A stretch of DNA of 64,000 bases from Octopus bimaculoides (GCF_001194135.2 NC_068995.1:3513142-3577141), one strand, 5' to 3'; positions 1 through 13,487 are shown, counted from the stretch's first letter. Made by a program: numbers and translations. The notes: generated by a model from the letters alone, not told the origin.

Positions 1-38
<38 letters not shown>

Positions 39-345
39 CTTTGAAAGAAGCTTGTCACCTTAGTGTGTATGTGTGCGTCTTTGTATGAGTGTGTGTGTTG
101 ATGTGTGTGTAAATGAGTCTGTGTGAGTGAGTGAGTGTGTGTGTGTGTGTGTGTGTGTGTTGGCATGTAAGTGTAAATGTGTCTTTGTGTGTGTGTGTGT
201 GTGTATATGTGTTGGCGTGTGTATATGTGTTGGCGTGTGTGTGTGTGTTAGTGTGTAAGTATAAATGTGTCTTTGCAAGAGTGTGTGTGTGTGTGTGTGT
301 GTGTAGATATGTCTTTGCGTGAGTGTATATGTGTGTGCTGTGTGT
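1..345. repeat. (CT)n followed by a long imperfect (GT)n microsatellite
   Basis: Directly visible. It explains the HT/CV/VY-rich ORFs in the track. Confidence 0.95.
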
Positions 346-1407
346 TGAGATGAGTCATCCCCTGTTAACTGCTGCTGTTCATTTTATAGTGCTGCTGCTG
401 CTGGCGTTGGTAGTGTTGGTGGTGGTGGCGACGGCGGTGATGATAATTGTGGTGGTGGCGGTGGTGGCATCAGCAGCAGCAGCCAACTTGGGTACCAGCT
501 GTTTTGTTGTTCGTTGCTACTGAAAGCTTTTCAATCCATGTACATAGTCTTAATCATTTCCTTTTCCTCACCTTTCTCTCTCTCTCTCTCTCTCTCTACC
601 TTCCACCTCCTCCCCCCACTCTCTCTCTCACGCCTGCTCACTCTCTCCACATACCCCCTCTCTTTCCCTTGCTTCTCTCACTCTTTCTTCCTTTTGCCAC
701 CTTAAAACCCTCCCTCCCTTTGTCAGCCTATAATCTCACATTTCTCTTCACCTCTCTCCCTCCCCTTCTTCCTCTTCCTCTCCACAATTCAGTCATTTTC
801 AAAAAACTTGGATCAATGACATTTCAAAACTTCTAGTTCCAAGTGTTTTGTCCTTTTTTTTCTCCTTTTTTATTCTATGGAAATCTATAGAATGTTACCA
901 AGTCTCTACTGCCAAATACCTACCTCTGTGTACAGAGATGCTGGGAAGAAGTGTATAGGCATTCGTTTACATCACATGCATCCAGACACTATCTGCACTC
1001 TTTGTGTATACATCCATGTTTAAGCCTGTCACATACGCACATTTACAAATGATGTCCTGCATATGTAAATTTGGAATTTTATTTTCTTACCAAACCGAGC
1101 AGATTCACAAGAAAATACTAACGGATATTTTTAATGATTACATTTTGTTACACTAATTAGCAATAATAAGTAGCCAGGTAAGTGTAATTAAAGCCCCCAA
1201 CTTTTTCTTTTTTTTTTGGAGGGGGGGAGGAGTTATTATCATCATCATTATGATCATGATCATTATTATTATTATTATCATTGTTGTTGTTGTTGTTGTT
1301 GTTATGTTGCGTACCGCCGATTGCGTCTCCTCAGGTGTGAAATTGAAACTCTTTTTAAAACTCAATCACCTTGTTATTAGCAGAAAGGAACAGTTGGACA
1401 CACAAGA

Positions 1408-1720
<313 letters not shown>

Positions 1721-2267
1721 CATGCACACATACGTATGGCTGTTGTTATTTCATGTCCTTTTCTCATCTGTTTGTCTTACCCAGGTGTCTGCTGCCCCTT
1801 CACATGCGCGTGCACATGCACGCACACCTGCATGCATTCTTACATACCTGCATGTCTGCATGTACACGTTACTGGTACCTGAAACTTTTAACGCTGTCAT
1901 GCATTTGGTTTCACAAATACATTTACATTACGTAAAGATTGATTTGTTGTGGTGGCATCTCTTCACACACACGCACACCACATGCTCACACACACGTATT
2001 TGTATATATGTATTTATGTATATTTATATATCTATATTATTCTTAAACAAGAACAGTATTAAGAGTGGCTTTGAAGTTTTAGCCAGTTAAGCTGTCATCA
2101 AGCAGTCCGACAATGGCTTACCTGGCTGAGACTTCAAAGTTACTGTCAATAATAGTCTTGTTTAAGAATAATGGATTAGCATTCCATTCCACAAGAGCAT
2201 AGAATAACCCCTCAGATTAATCAAAAAATTGCTTTTATTATGAATGAACCTACAGACAACAGTTAAC

Positions 2268-2298
<31 letters not shown>

Positions 2299-2332
2299 TA
2301 CTTACATATATATTACTTACATATATATATAT

Positions 2333-2553
2333 ATTTCTTTATTGCACACAGGGGGCTAAACACAGAGGGGACAAACAAAGGGATTAAGCCGATTACATCG
2401 ACCCCAGTGCATAACTGTTACTTATTTAATCGACCCCTGAAAGAATGAAAGCAAAGTCGACCTCAGCGGAATTTGAACTCAGAATGTAACGGCAGACGAA
2501 ATACCGCGGAGCATTTTGCCCGGTGTGCTAACGATTCTGCCAACTTGCCAGCT

Positions 2554-2554
<1 letters not shown>
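2333..2554 (-). mobile_element. tRNA-derived SINE, family A (central domain CTTTCATCCTTTCGGGGTCGAT; resembles Meta/MESC-type SINEs)
   Basis: The reverse complement aligns by eye with the copies at 6326, 60374 and 60651 (head AAGGCGGCGAGCTGGCAGAATCGTTAGCAC, B-box-like GAGTTCAAATTCC). The superfamily name is from memory. Confidence 0.85.
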
Positions 2555-2597
<43 letters not shown>

Positions 2598-3133
2598 NNN
2601 NNNNNNNNNNNNNNNNNNNNNNNNNNNNNNNNNNNNNNNNNNNNNNNNNNNNNNNNNNNNNNNNNNNNNNNNNNNNNNNNNNNNNNNNNNNNNNNNNNNN
2701 NNNNNNNNNNNNNNNNNNNNNNNNNNNNNNNNNNNNNNNNNNNNNNNNNNNNNNNNNNNNNNNNNNNNNNNNNNNNNNNNNNNNNNNNNNNNNNNNNNNN
2801 NNNNNNNNNNNNNNNNNNNNNNNNNNNNNNNNNNNNNNNNNNNNNNNNNNNNNNNNNNNNNNNNNNNNNNNNNNNNNNNNNNNNNNNNNNNNNNNNNNNN
2901 NNNNNNNNNNNNNNNNNNNNNNNNNNNNNNNNNNNNNNNNNNNNNNNNNNNNNNNNNNNNNNNNNNNNNNNNNNNNNNNNNNNNNNNNNNNNNNNNNNNN
3001 NNNNNNNNNNNNNNNNNNNNNNNNNNNNNNNNNNNNNNNNNNNNNNNNNNNNNNNNNNNNNNNNNNNNNNNNNNNNNNNNNNNNNNNNNNNNNNNNNNNN
3101 NNNNNNNNNNNNNTATATATATATATATATATA

Positions 3134-3359
3134 TATGAGGGGGTGTGGTGCTGAAAAGTTGTTGGCTTTGGGTAAAAGAAAATACAGGAGGATCAGTTAG
3201 TTATGATTTTATTCAACATATTCCCCTCTCAGATTCACACACCTATTCAGTTTTTTCTAAGCCCCCTAAAAAAAAAAAAAGAAAACTTGGAAGGTTGGGT
3301 TTCCAACAAGGCCTTTCGTGAAACCCTTAAAGCCAGAAACTTTTCAACATGCCCTTGTA
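3134..3359. mobile_element. Tc1/mariner-type MITE
   Basis: Imperfect TIRs: left TATGAGGGGGTGTGGTGCTGAAAAGTTGTTGGCTTT, right (reverse complement) TACAAGGGCATGTTGAAAAGTTTCTGGCTTT. Embedded in (TA)n, consistent with a TA target. Confidence 0.7.
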
Positions 3360-4286
3360 TATATATATATATATTAGGGGCTTTACAACTTGAACTAGCA
3401 TGGAATTTGATTCAAATTGTTTTGAACAATATGTATATATGTATGTATGTGTATTTACGCACACATGAATTGTTGATGCTATGAGAACTTAGAAACTTTG
3501 GGAGAAGATGAAATAATTTTTTTGAGGAAAATGGTGTGTTCTATCTTGAAGCAGATAAAGCTACAGATAATGGCATGTAGATATTAGGTTAAAAAAACTC
3601 TTTGGATAGAAAAAAATCAAATGCTGGCTTTGGGACTTGAACCTACATCTCTTTGCAAACATGACAGTCTTTTTAGATGTCTGCACGTATATATTTACTG
3701 TATGTAGATGCGTTTGTCTTGTGTATATTAATTAGTTCACAGACAAAGTTTTTACAAAGTTATTTTTGTCTAGTTTCAAATTCATTAAAACTTCGTTTAT
3801 TACAAAATATGTACAACAAACATTTGCAAATAATTATGGAGTATTAGAATATATTCTAAAGATGTGTGACTAATTCTACAAGGGATAAGATGCTACTCCC
3901 TTTTGGGTAACTTCCCTGAAATATTTGAAATCTACTAGGTGAAAGAAAACATTTTAGAAAAATTCCTTATTTTATTTAATTCATATTAAAAATATTACAA
4001 TTGTTGAAAGTCGTAATATTTAATATTGATCTTTCATATTTTCTAGAAATCAAGACCAAATTATTATTGATAGAAATTTGTAATTAGGATTTAGGGTAGG
4101 GTAGGGTGGGGTGGATTTGATAAGCTGTTACTTTTAATTGACATAATTTATAATTGTTAATGAGGCTTTCATTAGCCCAAATTTTGGGATTAGTCTCTCT
4201 TTTGTCTATAAACTATATTTTAATTTTTTCTGCCCAACACGCACACACACCTACATGCATGCCCACATAAACATCTCTCTCTCTCT

Positions 4287-4359
<73 letters not shown>

Positions 4360-4848
4360 TATATACATATATATAGATATCTATGTATGGACAAGCACTT
4401 ATATATATGCGCACACACACACACATCCCTGTCTAGACACACACACGCATTCACCTAAACATGCCAGCATAGTGTACAGAGAAAATGATTCAATTGAAAC
4501 GAAGCCCCACCATATTGGTGATTGAGAGAGTATAAAACATTTCAAAGGTGTACCCCTATTTTAGTTCAGTGCTGTTGTTGTAAAGACCCAGACCCTAACC
4601 AACCTGGTGACAATTAATGAGATCATCTGTCAGATACTAGATAATATATATCTGTGTGCGTGTGTGCGTGTGTACAGAGGGAGAGGGAGAGAGAGTGGAC
4701 TGGTTTAAATTATTGACTAGTCTTGCCTTTACACTGTGTTTCATGGATTTTTGTTCTGTGTAAACAGATATACAACAAGTTTCTTTCGGTAATAAATACA
4801 GGCTTCTTTCACAACTAGAATGGGTATAAATTCAGTTTTTATAATACT

Positions 4849-4965
4849 TATTTTTTTATTGCCCACAGGGGGCTAAACATAGAGGGGACAAACAAGGACA
4901 GACAAAGGCATTAAGTCGATTACATCGACCCCTAGTGTGTAACTGGTACTTATTTAATCGACCCC
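4849..4965 (-). mobile_element. SINE family A, 3' half
   Basis: Near-identical to 2333-2440 (GCCCACAGGGGGCTAAAC...GATTACATCGACCCC...GTACTTATTTAATCGACCCC). Confidence 0.85.
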
Positions 4966-5937
4966 ATAAGTTAATAATACAGGTACAAGCCATCAGTCTG
5001 TTTTATTAATTTTTATAACTGGCCGTGTATTGGTTTTAATTTTATATATATATATATGTATATTGTTGCTATTATGCAAAAGTGTCATAAGTCAAAAATG
5101 TTGCTTTTTCAGAAACGAAAAAATAGTTTCACCATTCCATAGCAAAACCGTTGTANNNNNNNNNNNNNNNNNNNNNNNNNNNNNNNNNNNNNNNNNNNNN
5201 NNNNNNNNNNNNNNNNNNNNNNNNNNNNNNNNNNNNNNNNNNNNNNNNNNNNNNNNNNNNNNNNNNNNNNNNNNNNNNNNNNNNNNNNNNNNNNNNNNNN
5301 NNNNNNNNNNNNNNNNNNNNNNNNNNNNNNNNNNNNNNNNNNNNNNNNNNNNNNNNNNNNNNNNNNNNNNNNNNNNNNNNNNNNNNNNNNNNNNNNNNNN
5401 NNNNNNNNNNNNNNNNNNNNNNNNNNNNNNNNNNNNNNNNNNNNNNNNNNNNNNNNNNNNNNNNNNNNNNNNNNNNNNNNNNNNNNNNNNNNNNNNNNNN
5501 NNNNNNNNNNNNNNNNNNNNNNNNNNNNNNNNNNNNNNNNNNNNNNNNNNNNNNNNNNAGGATGCATGAGAATTGAGAGTTGTGCTAGGTTTTAAAAAAG
5601 GGTTAAAAGTTTGTGTTAAGCAGGAAGTGTGGTGTCAAAACCGGAAGTGTGTGTAAGGGGAGACAAATGTTTTTAGTTGGAGTTATGAACTCTTTTTCCA
5701 AACATTATATGCATGGACTACCATTGAACTTCAAAAGCTCAAAGACAATATAATGTATTGGTATACTTATTTTTTTATATATTATTTTTTTTATGTATTA
5801 TTTTCTTCATTTTGTACTTCTTTGTAAAAGACATTTTCATTCTCCTTCTTGAAAATTTGCTTCACAATGAAAGCCGGTTAGAAATCTTTATTAAAATATG
5901 CTTCCAGTTTAGCATTCTGCCTTATTCTTCATTTTCC

Positions 5938-5972
<35 letters not shown>

Positions 5973-6179
5973 GCAAAAATGTTCGAACAAACAGCCATGT
6001 CGAAATGGCTTCGAATATTACTTATATATATATAACTGTGGTTATGAAACACTACACAGCAGTTTTCGCCACCACTACCACTCTACAAGTGAAACATCCT
6101 GTGGACATTTGAAAGGTGAGGTTTTGTATCATGGAACTGGGATGGTCTCAGGTTAGTAGTGGAAGGGTTAATACAATAG

Positions 6180-6219
6180 TCATCATCCTCATTATTATTA
6201 TTATCATTATTATTAGTAT

Positions 6220-6275
<56 letters not shown>

Positions 6276-6325
6276 TTATTATTATTATTATTATTATGAT
6301 TATTATTATTATTATTATTATTATT
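6180..6325. repeat. (ATT)n/(ACT)n trinucleotide microsatellite
   Basis: Directly visible; abuts the head of a SINE. Confidence 0.95.
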
Positions 6326-6540
6326 AAGGCAGTTAACTGACAAAATTGTTAGCCCGCCAAGCAAAGTGGTTGGCAGCATTTTGTCTGTCTTTACGTTTTG
6401 AGTTCAAATTTTGCCGAGGTCAACTTTACATTTCATCCTTTCGGTGTTGATAAATTAAGTACCTATTTCGTACTGGGGTCGATCTAATCGACTTAACCCC
6501 TCTCCCACAATTTCAAACCTTGTGCCTTTAGTAGAAAGGA
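6326..6540 (+). mobile_element. SINE family A, full length, flanked by (ATT)n
   Basis: Head AAGGCAGTTAACTGACAAAATTGTTAGC, GAGTTCAAATT, central TTTCATCCTTTCGGTGTTGATAAATTAAGTACC, tail GTAGAAAGGATTATT. Confidence 0.85.
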
Positions 6541-8295
6541 TTATTATTATAATCCATTTTTTTTGCCATGTTTATGTTGAAATATATAATGGCCTTTGTT
6601 TCAGCTAATTTTTTGAAAATAAGGAAGAATTTAGTAAAAGAACTTCGTTGTTATGAAGATGGTGTTCTGAACATTAACTAACATGAAATTTTGATGGAAT
6701 GTTTTAATGTTAACCACTTTAAAATAGGAAGTTTATATAACAGAATCAACAGCAGTTTCAGGCTAGTTGGTATGAAAAGGTTCAGCTATTCAGAATATAT
6801 ATATATATATGTATATAATTAATCCCCCCAAAAAACGAAGAAAAAAAACACAGCATGTTTACAATATGCAGTTTATATCATGATAATCTATCATATTGTC
6901 AAATATGACCACATGATAGACTCTGAATTTGTTTGCAATGTAAAGAAAACATTAAATTGTTATTGTTGTTATATTTAAAGCATTTTCAAGGATTTCAGTC
7001 AATCCATCTCTTCTATATTGACATTTGATGTTTGTAGACATTGAACAGAGTTCTAAATATCCAAGAGCTTCTACATATAAATTGGGACTATTTTGAATGT
7101 AGATTCTGTCTTTCTTGGACACTTTCTGAGATTAAATATTCGCTTGTATCAATCACATGAACTTTGGTACTTTTCTGCAGGATGTAAATGGAATAGGATT
7201 TTGGGTTTATTATATACGTTTCTCATATAGCCTTCCCTTAACTTTCTCAATCAGTGTGTTTCAACAGAAATATGGTAACAAAAGGCTTAAAGTGATCTAA
7301 ATGAAAACTTCCCCTCAAAATTTCTTATTAATTTATGTTCCAAGCACCAGCTTAATAACAACAAAGTTATTTTATTAAATTCTTCATTTTTTAAAAAATT
7401 AATTGAAGCTAAGACAGAAATATTGTAACAAAGAGTTAAATGTTTTTTTTCTTCCTTTTTTGAAGATTTGATGTGCTGTAGTTTTGCATATATTAAGCAC
7501 ATATGATAAACATCTAATCAGATCTATTTGATTTAATGGAAGAAACATCATTAAATTTTTCAATATTTTGTGAATAATCTTTCTTTTTTCTTCCTCATTT
7601 ACCATCTTTTTAAGCACTACCATTTACTCATAGATTGTCAGTTCTTTTTAAAGAATATTCTCTCTTCCATAATTGGGGAAACTGTGACAAGATGTACTTT
7701 AAATTCTTTTGAAGCTACAGTTATTGTACTAAGCATCAATTTACCATTTTTAGAATATTGTAAGGAATACTGCAACAGCACTTTAAGTGCCATTTGTCAT
7801 TTTGGGTTTTGTCTTTGCTGTTCCAAAATTTCCATTCTTGTCTGATATTATCTGCTAAAATATATAACCAGGTGCAAGAATGAAAATTTCCAAATTTTTT
7901 TCTTTCATTTGCTTTAAGACATCTCACATTATATGAGGAGAATTCTCTCTCAGATTTAAACATAGCACCGAGATGTTGTTGCTAAGAGATATAAGCTTAA
8001 TTTTGAAGAAGTGTTGCCACTAATCAAAAGGAAAATATGCAAATGTAATTAATATGATGGGATAGAGGGTGTGATTTTCTTTTTAAATTGAAATTTTAGG
8101 CTTTTTTTAGAAAACGGTATGACAGCCAGAACCACTTAACTGATTTCATTCTTCTCTTGGTAGATATTTTAGTTAAATCACTTATTGATGATTCCTGTTC
8201 TTAAAGAATTGTTAATGACAATATTCAAGCTTCCCACTAATTGACCAATATTTGTTAAGTTGTATAACTTTATGATTAATATTAATAAGTATAAG

Positions 8296-8376
8296 CATGG
8301 CTGTGTGGTAAGAAGTTTGCCTCCCAACCACATGGTTCTGGGTTCAGTCTCATTGTCTGGCACTTTGAATAAGTGC
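8296..8376 (+). mobile_element. tRNA-derived SINE family B (CORE-like), head only
   Basis: CATGGCTGTGTGGTAAGAAGTTTGCCTCCCAACCACATGGTTCTGGGTTCAGTC; reverse-complement match to 11250-11327. Confidence 0.8.
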
Positions 8377-8919
8377 TAATCCTAGAGCTCCTGGAGGGCT
8401 GTTGGATTATTTGACTTCATCCACACTTTGGCAGATTTTGCTTTTCATCCTGCTGAGTGTCCAGAAATGACCTCCACCAAAAAGCTTGATGGGGTTGCTG
8501 GGCTAGTTTGATATATAAATTGTGCTGCCCTCACTTGGTTATCGTGCACAGGTCTCTGGTTATTACACTTCTGACCCGACATGCCTCTGTATATGTGTGT
8601 AAGTATATATATATATATGTAAATATGTTTCAAAAAGAAAATAGAACCTACACGTGGAAAAGATATGGAGAAAGTAAGAAGAAAAAATGCGAAAATGCAC
8701 ATTGAATATCAAAAAAATAAAGGCTTTTTTATGAAAAGTAGCAATAAATAAATACAATTAGATGAACTGAGGTAGAATTAAGAGAAATTAAATTCATTAT
8801 TTTGAATTGTTAAAGAGATTCAAAGTGAAACCGGTATCGTCATTGCTGTTCACTGGCTTTGAATGCTATATTTATCTATAGGTATGTGTCTGTGAAATGT
8901 ATGATGTGTTTCTGTAAAG

Positions 8920-9060
8920 CTTCTGTGTACCAAATTCCACTCACAAAAGTTTTGGCCAACCCAAGGTTATTAGTGTAGAAGACATCCGAAATGCAGTGCA
9001 GCTGGATCAAGCCTGAACCCTGCCATAGCAAAGCAGACCCTTTAACCAGCCACCCAGCTA
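8920..9060 (-). mobile_element. SINE family B, diverged copy
   Basis: CCAAATTCCACTCACAAAAGTTTTGGCCAACCC...TAGAAGACA matches the copies at 11194 and 19500. Confidence 0.65.
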
Positions 9061-9314
9061 CTTTGATTTTCATTTCCATATTATAGTTTGTTATGATATT
9101 TTTAGATTCCTTTGTGGAGTTTCAATAAATATCTTTAGTTTGAGCTGAATTGCGTAAGCTGTCCTTAAAAAAAGAACAACAGACCTCTGTGACTAATGCA
9201 CTCGTTTCTCATCAAGCTTTGTCATATTCTCTTTTGTGTTGTGTTGGATATTTATTACTGCAACTTTCACATATCAAATATTACTTAATGAACTTTCGAT
9301 GTCTGCTTAATTAC

Positions 9315-9500
9315 TTTAACTCCTTCCTCACCGTATTTCTGTTGAAATACGCTGCCTTTGTTTTAATTAATTATGACAATCACTAAGAATTTATTAAAAT
9401 AACTTTGTCATTACTAAGCTCGTGTTTGGAACATGAACTAACAGGAAATTTTGATGGGACGTTTTAATTTAGATCACTTTAAGCCCTTTGTAACCATATT
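9315..9500 (+). mobile_element. AT-rich dispersed repeat, probable TTAA/piggyBac-type MITE (family F)
   Basis: Similar blocks occur at about 6570-6765 (+), 7285-7430 (-), 16358-16455 (+, begins TTAACCCTT) and 45400-45680 (-). Shared motifs: GTTGAAATA..GCCTTTGTT and AAATTTTGATGG..GTTTTAAT. Confidence 0.6.
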
Positions 9501-10394
9501 TTTGTTGAAAAACACTGCATTTGTTTGAATTCATTTTGAAAATGATGAAAAATTTAGTAAAATATCTGAAACAAGGAAATGATAAAAGATTCATAGAAAT
9601 AGCGTTGTTTGCTGGCAGTTCTACATGAAAGCATGTCCAGCCTGTTTGTTGTTTGATAGACCAGGGGAAATGTTACTTTCCTTAAAAAACAGGTGGCAGG
9701 GGAGGGGTTACCAACGAGAAGAGTCTCCCACCAGAGAAAAATACATGTCAACAAAGTTACTTTTAACCTATTGAAGCAATGGAAAATCGACATTAAAACG
9801 ATGGTAACGATGATACTGATGATGATGATGATGATGATCAATTAGTGCTTTGTGAATAAGAATTATTCAGTTTGCTTTCTGGTTTACTTATTTTTTTTTT
9901 TTTTTTCACATAACAACTAGAGTCTGAGAACAAAAACTGGTGCAAGTGAACATGAGAACCCAGAGTCACATGTGCGGCTTCAAAAACCACACATCGGTTA
10001 ATAAACAAACAACTTTGGATGAGAGAGTAGGAGGAGGAGGTGGGAGAGGACAAGACAGTGAGGGGGGAGAGAAAGAGAAAGAAAGAGAGGGAGATGTAGT
10101 CATAAAAAAAAAATTATATATTTACCATTTCAATGCAGTGTGAATTCCACCTCAAAAAATAAACCAATAAATTCAGCTAATGACATTTGACAGTTATAAA
10201 CTCTACATTTCTTCAAAGGGCTCTTCCTTTGAGGAAATCTTGGTATTTTTTTCCCCAATACAGAAGCAATACCTGCATGCAAGATTCCTTGATCTGTTAG
10301 AAATAGAAGCTAAATTTTCAATATGTAGCCTTCTATCTAAAAAGTACACACTGGATATTCAAGCCCAAGTTACAGCATTGTCAGTGAAGTCACA

Positions 10395-10640
10395 TAGTTT
10401 AGTGGTTGGAATATTCAGCTCTTGATCTTAAGGTCATATGTTTGGTCCCTGGTGGCACATTGTGTTCTTGAGCAAGGCACTTTGTGTCACATTGCTTCAA
10501 TCCACTCAGCTGGCGAAAATGAGTTGTACCTGTAATTGACAGGGGTCAGCCTTGTCACATTCCATGTGTTATGCTGAACTTCCTTGAGAATTACATTAAC
10601 CCTTTCCAGCATGGAAAACGGATGTTAAATGATGATGAAG
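10395..10640 (+). mobile_element. SINE family C-like copy with (GAT)n tail
   Basis: GTGTTCTTGAGCAAGGCACTTTGTGTCACATTGCTTCAATCCACTCAGCTGGCGAAAATGAGTTG, shared with 35748 and 51850. Confidence 0.65.
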
Positions 10641-11193
10641 ATGATGATGATTATTATGATGGGAATACATAAACCCTAAACACACAGCAGTTGTTCAGTA
10701 TTATAATATAATTTCCATTCAACTTCCATTTCATTTAAGCAGTGAATTTTCTTTATTGCTTTCGTCAGACTCCTCTTTAGTTTGACCTTGCCCTCTAGAT
10801 AGCGTTACCATTTCCAGAGCCAGCTATTTCCTGTTGTGCAATAAAAAAACACAATTAGTTTATGAATTTCTTTGTTTTGCTGCCCATCAGATTGTAGTAG
10901 TTAACTTTGCAAAGTATTTCTCGTTTCATTTGCTATTCATTTAGCTAAATAATTTTATTGATTTAAAAAAAAAAAAATTATTATTTGTTGAATTATAATT
11001 ACCTGGTCATATGTAGAGCTATTTAGGATAACTACCTAGATATGAGTTCAACGATGGCTTAGCTGGCTAAAACTTTGAAGTCCCTATCAATACTGTCCTT
11101 GTTAATAAATCTGTCCCCTACAAAAGTGTACAGTAACCCGTCAGATTAATGTAAATTTGTTTTTATTATAACTAAGCATAAAAACAAACATTA

Positions 11194-11327
11194 ATTCAAA
11201 TCCACGGACAAGGTTTTGGTTGGTCCAAGGCTATAATAGAATACATTTGCCCAAGGTGTCAGGCAGTGGGACTGAACCAGGAACCATGTGGTTGGGAGGC
11301 AAACCTCTTACCACACAGCCATGCCTG
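11194..11327 (-). mobile_element. SINE family B (CORE-like)
   Basis: Reverse complement gives a tRNA-like head, GGTTCAGTCCCACTGCC, then the CORE-like ACCTTGGGCAAATGTATTCTATTATAGCC. Confidence 0.85.
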
Positions 11328-12616
11328 TGTCTATATGTTGCTTTTTTTTCTACTTTTAAAATAGAATCTTATGGAATCATGTTTACCATAGTGCTGCTGC
11401 CGTGTGTGTGTGTGATTCATCTTCATGTCTTGTACATGACGCCAATGTACAGACCTTTGTCATATTACCAAACTACTTAGTGTCTCATAAATGGCAACTA
11501 TTCTTATGTGTCATAAGATTTTACTGTTTCGTCTCTCTCTCTCTCTCTCATTCATTACCTTAACTTGCCCTTTCTACTCTTATTATGTACCTGATTACCT
11601 CTCAAAAAAATAACCTACTTTTCTATGTCAACTTTTTATTTTCATTACTTCGTTATGATTAGTTCTGCAAAAATATAAAAGGACAACAACAACAACAACC
11701 ACACAACAACCTGTTCTATAAGAAAGAACTTGTGATCTTTTATGTCATTAGCCGTACATCCAAGCCAAACTAATCTAACCAGTTAGACCGTTTAGAATTA
11801 GTGTTTCCACTAGTTTCTTAAGTCTCTCACTAAATCTCTCAAAAACCAAAACTTTTTATTTGTTTATTTATTTATTCATTTATTTTTTACTCTCTTAATA
11901 ATTAGCCGTAGTTTTATTAGTTTTTCAAAAATGATTCATAAATCTCGTTTGTTCTAGATGACGATGATGATGATGATGACCTTGAAGGTGTTCAAAAAAT
12001 TACAAATAAAATTACCTCTATCTTTTTACTAGTTTCATCATGTAGGCTGTGGCCATTCTGGAGTATTGTCATGTCAGGTGAGGGACGGAGACATGTGCCA
12101 TTGCAGTGTGTCACTGCAACCATCATTTGTTGGTTTTGGCTCAGGTTGTCCGAGGCAGCCATTTTGAGCATTGACCATGTCATTCCCCATCTCTACCCCC
12201 GCTCTCTCTCTGTCACCTTTGCTCTTTCCCTCTCATAATCAGCTGACCTCTGCTTGGTTGTATTATTCATTCCAATAAGGATGCCAACTGGACCCAATCT
12301 TGGGTGAAACTGGACTTAAGGGGCTAGCAGACTAGCTTGCCACCTAGAAACAACTACAGTGTCACATGGATGGGTTGATGTGTGATGCAATCTTAGAGGG
12401 GGTTATGATCCTTGTGGATGGCTCGAGGTGTGTCTCAATCCTCAAAACAGATGTGGTGCATACCAATAAGCCAGTCTGTGACTCAGCACGAGGACGACTT
12501 ATGACTAAACATATTTACTTCCTACATGTTTGATCTTACTGGTTCTTCGCAACTTTGAGTTATCAATCAACTACTTCACCATCACTATTATCATTATTAT
12601 ATGTTTAACTTTTGCT

Positions 12617-12687
<71 letters not shown>

Positions 12688-12688
12688 A

Positions 12689-13399
12689 GACGTTGCACAG
12701 TATACAATATCGTGAGGTTGTTGTGTCTACCAGGAGTTTGTACTGTTTGTCAAGTCACAACAAGGACCTCAGGCAGACCGTACTTTACACAATATGTGTG
12801 CAGTTCCAAGTAATGCCGACTTTTGCAATACATCTAGATTGTAGGGTATTTCTAAGGTTTTCAGATTGGGTGGTATTGAACCCAATGCTCTGATGACAAT
12901 AGGGATAATCTTTATGCTTGACTCTCGTAGCTGCCACATCTTAGCAATCTCAATTCTCAGGTCTCCACATTTATCAACCTTTTCTCTTTCTTTCATGATA
13001 ACATGTTGATCTCCTGGCACTGTCACATCAATTATTAGGCACTTTTGTTTGTCCTTTCTAAAGGTTACTATATCTGGCCTTCGGTGCTCTAAGACCTCGT
13101 CTGTCTGAAAGTCAAAGTCCTAGAAGATTTTTGCCTTTTCTTTTTCTTCCATTACCTTTTCCGGTGTATGTTGTTACCAAGCACCTGTAACCTCATATCC
13201 ATACTTACTGCATAGTAGCCAGTGGAAGTTTTGGGTTACCTTGTCATGTCTGCGCTTGTACTCTTTCTGCGCAAAACTTTCACAAGCACTAACAATGTGA
13301 GTCACACTTTTGACCCTCTTCCCACACATCCTGCGGCGGTCCAATGCACTTGTGTGGTATACATTCTTTTTCACTGAGTTGGTATTCAGTGCTTGGTCC

Positions 13400-13400
<1 letters not shown>
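12689..13400 (-). mobile_element. R4/Dong-clade non-LTR retrotransposon, 5'-truncated 3' end (zinc knuckle plus REL endonuclease), decayed
   Basis: One minus frame with two in-frame stops reads QDQALNTNSVKKNVYH...RMCGKRVKSVTHIVSACESFAQKEYKRRHDKV...HRRPDIVTFRKDKQKCLIIDVTVPGD..IMKEREKVDK..DLRIEIAKMW...IIPIVIRALGSIP...LQKSALLGTAHILCKV. It has a (TAA)n tail and (TAA)n at the 5' junction. Confidence 0.9.
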
Positions 13401-13439
<39 letters not shown>

Positions 13440-13442
<3 letters not shown>

Positions 13443-13485
13443 TAGTTTTATTTTTATAACGTGCTTTCACTTCACTACCGAGCGC

Positions 13486-13487
<2 letters not shown>
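13440..13487 (-). mobile_element. 48-bp unique insert between two (ATT)n tracts, probably the extreme 3' end of another TAA-targeting element
   Basis: CAGTAGTTTTATTTTTATAACGTGCTTTCACTTCACTACCGAGCGCAG sits inside pure (ATT)n. The identity is inference. Confidence 0.4.

Noticed and set aside
1103-1177. Segment ending in a perfect CAG|GTAAGT donor
   Set aside because: All three frames contain stops, so it cannot be the missing DUSP coding exon. A UTR exon cannot be excluded but is unsupported.
1305-1360. Minus-strand CUGAGGA resembling a hammerhead core
   Set aside because: There is no GAAA after the putative stem II and the stem is poor; at most a decayed relic.
6960-7190. Minus-strand KVSKKDRIY...VEALGY, faintly like a REL-endonuclease terminus
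   Set aside because: Too short and too degenerate to call without a search.
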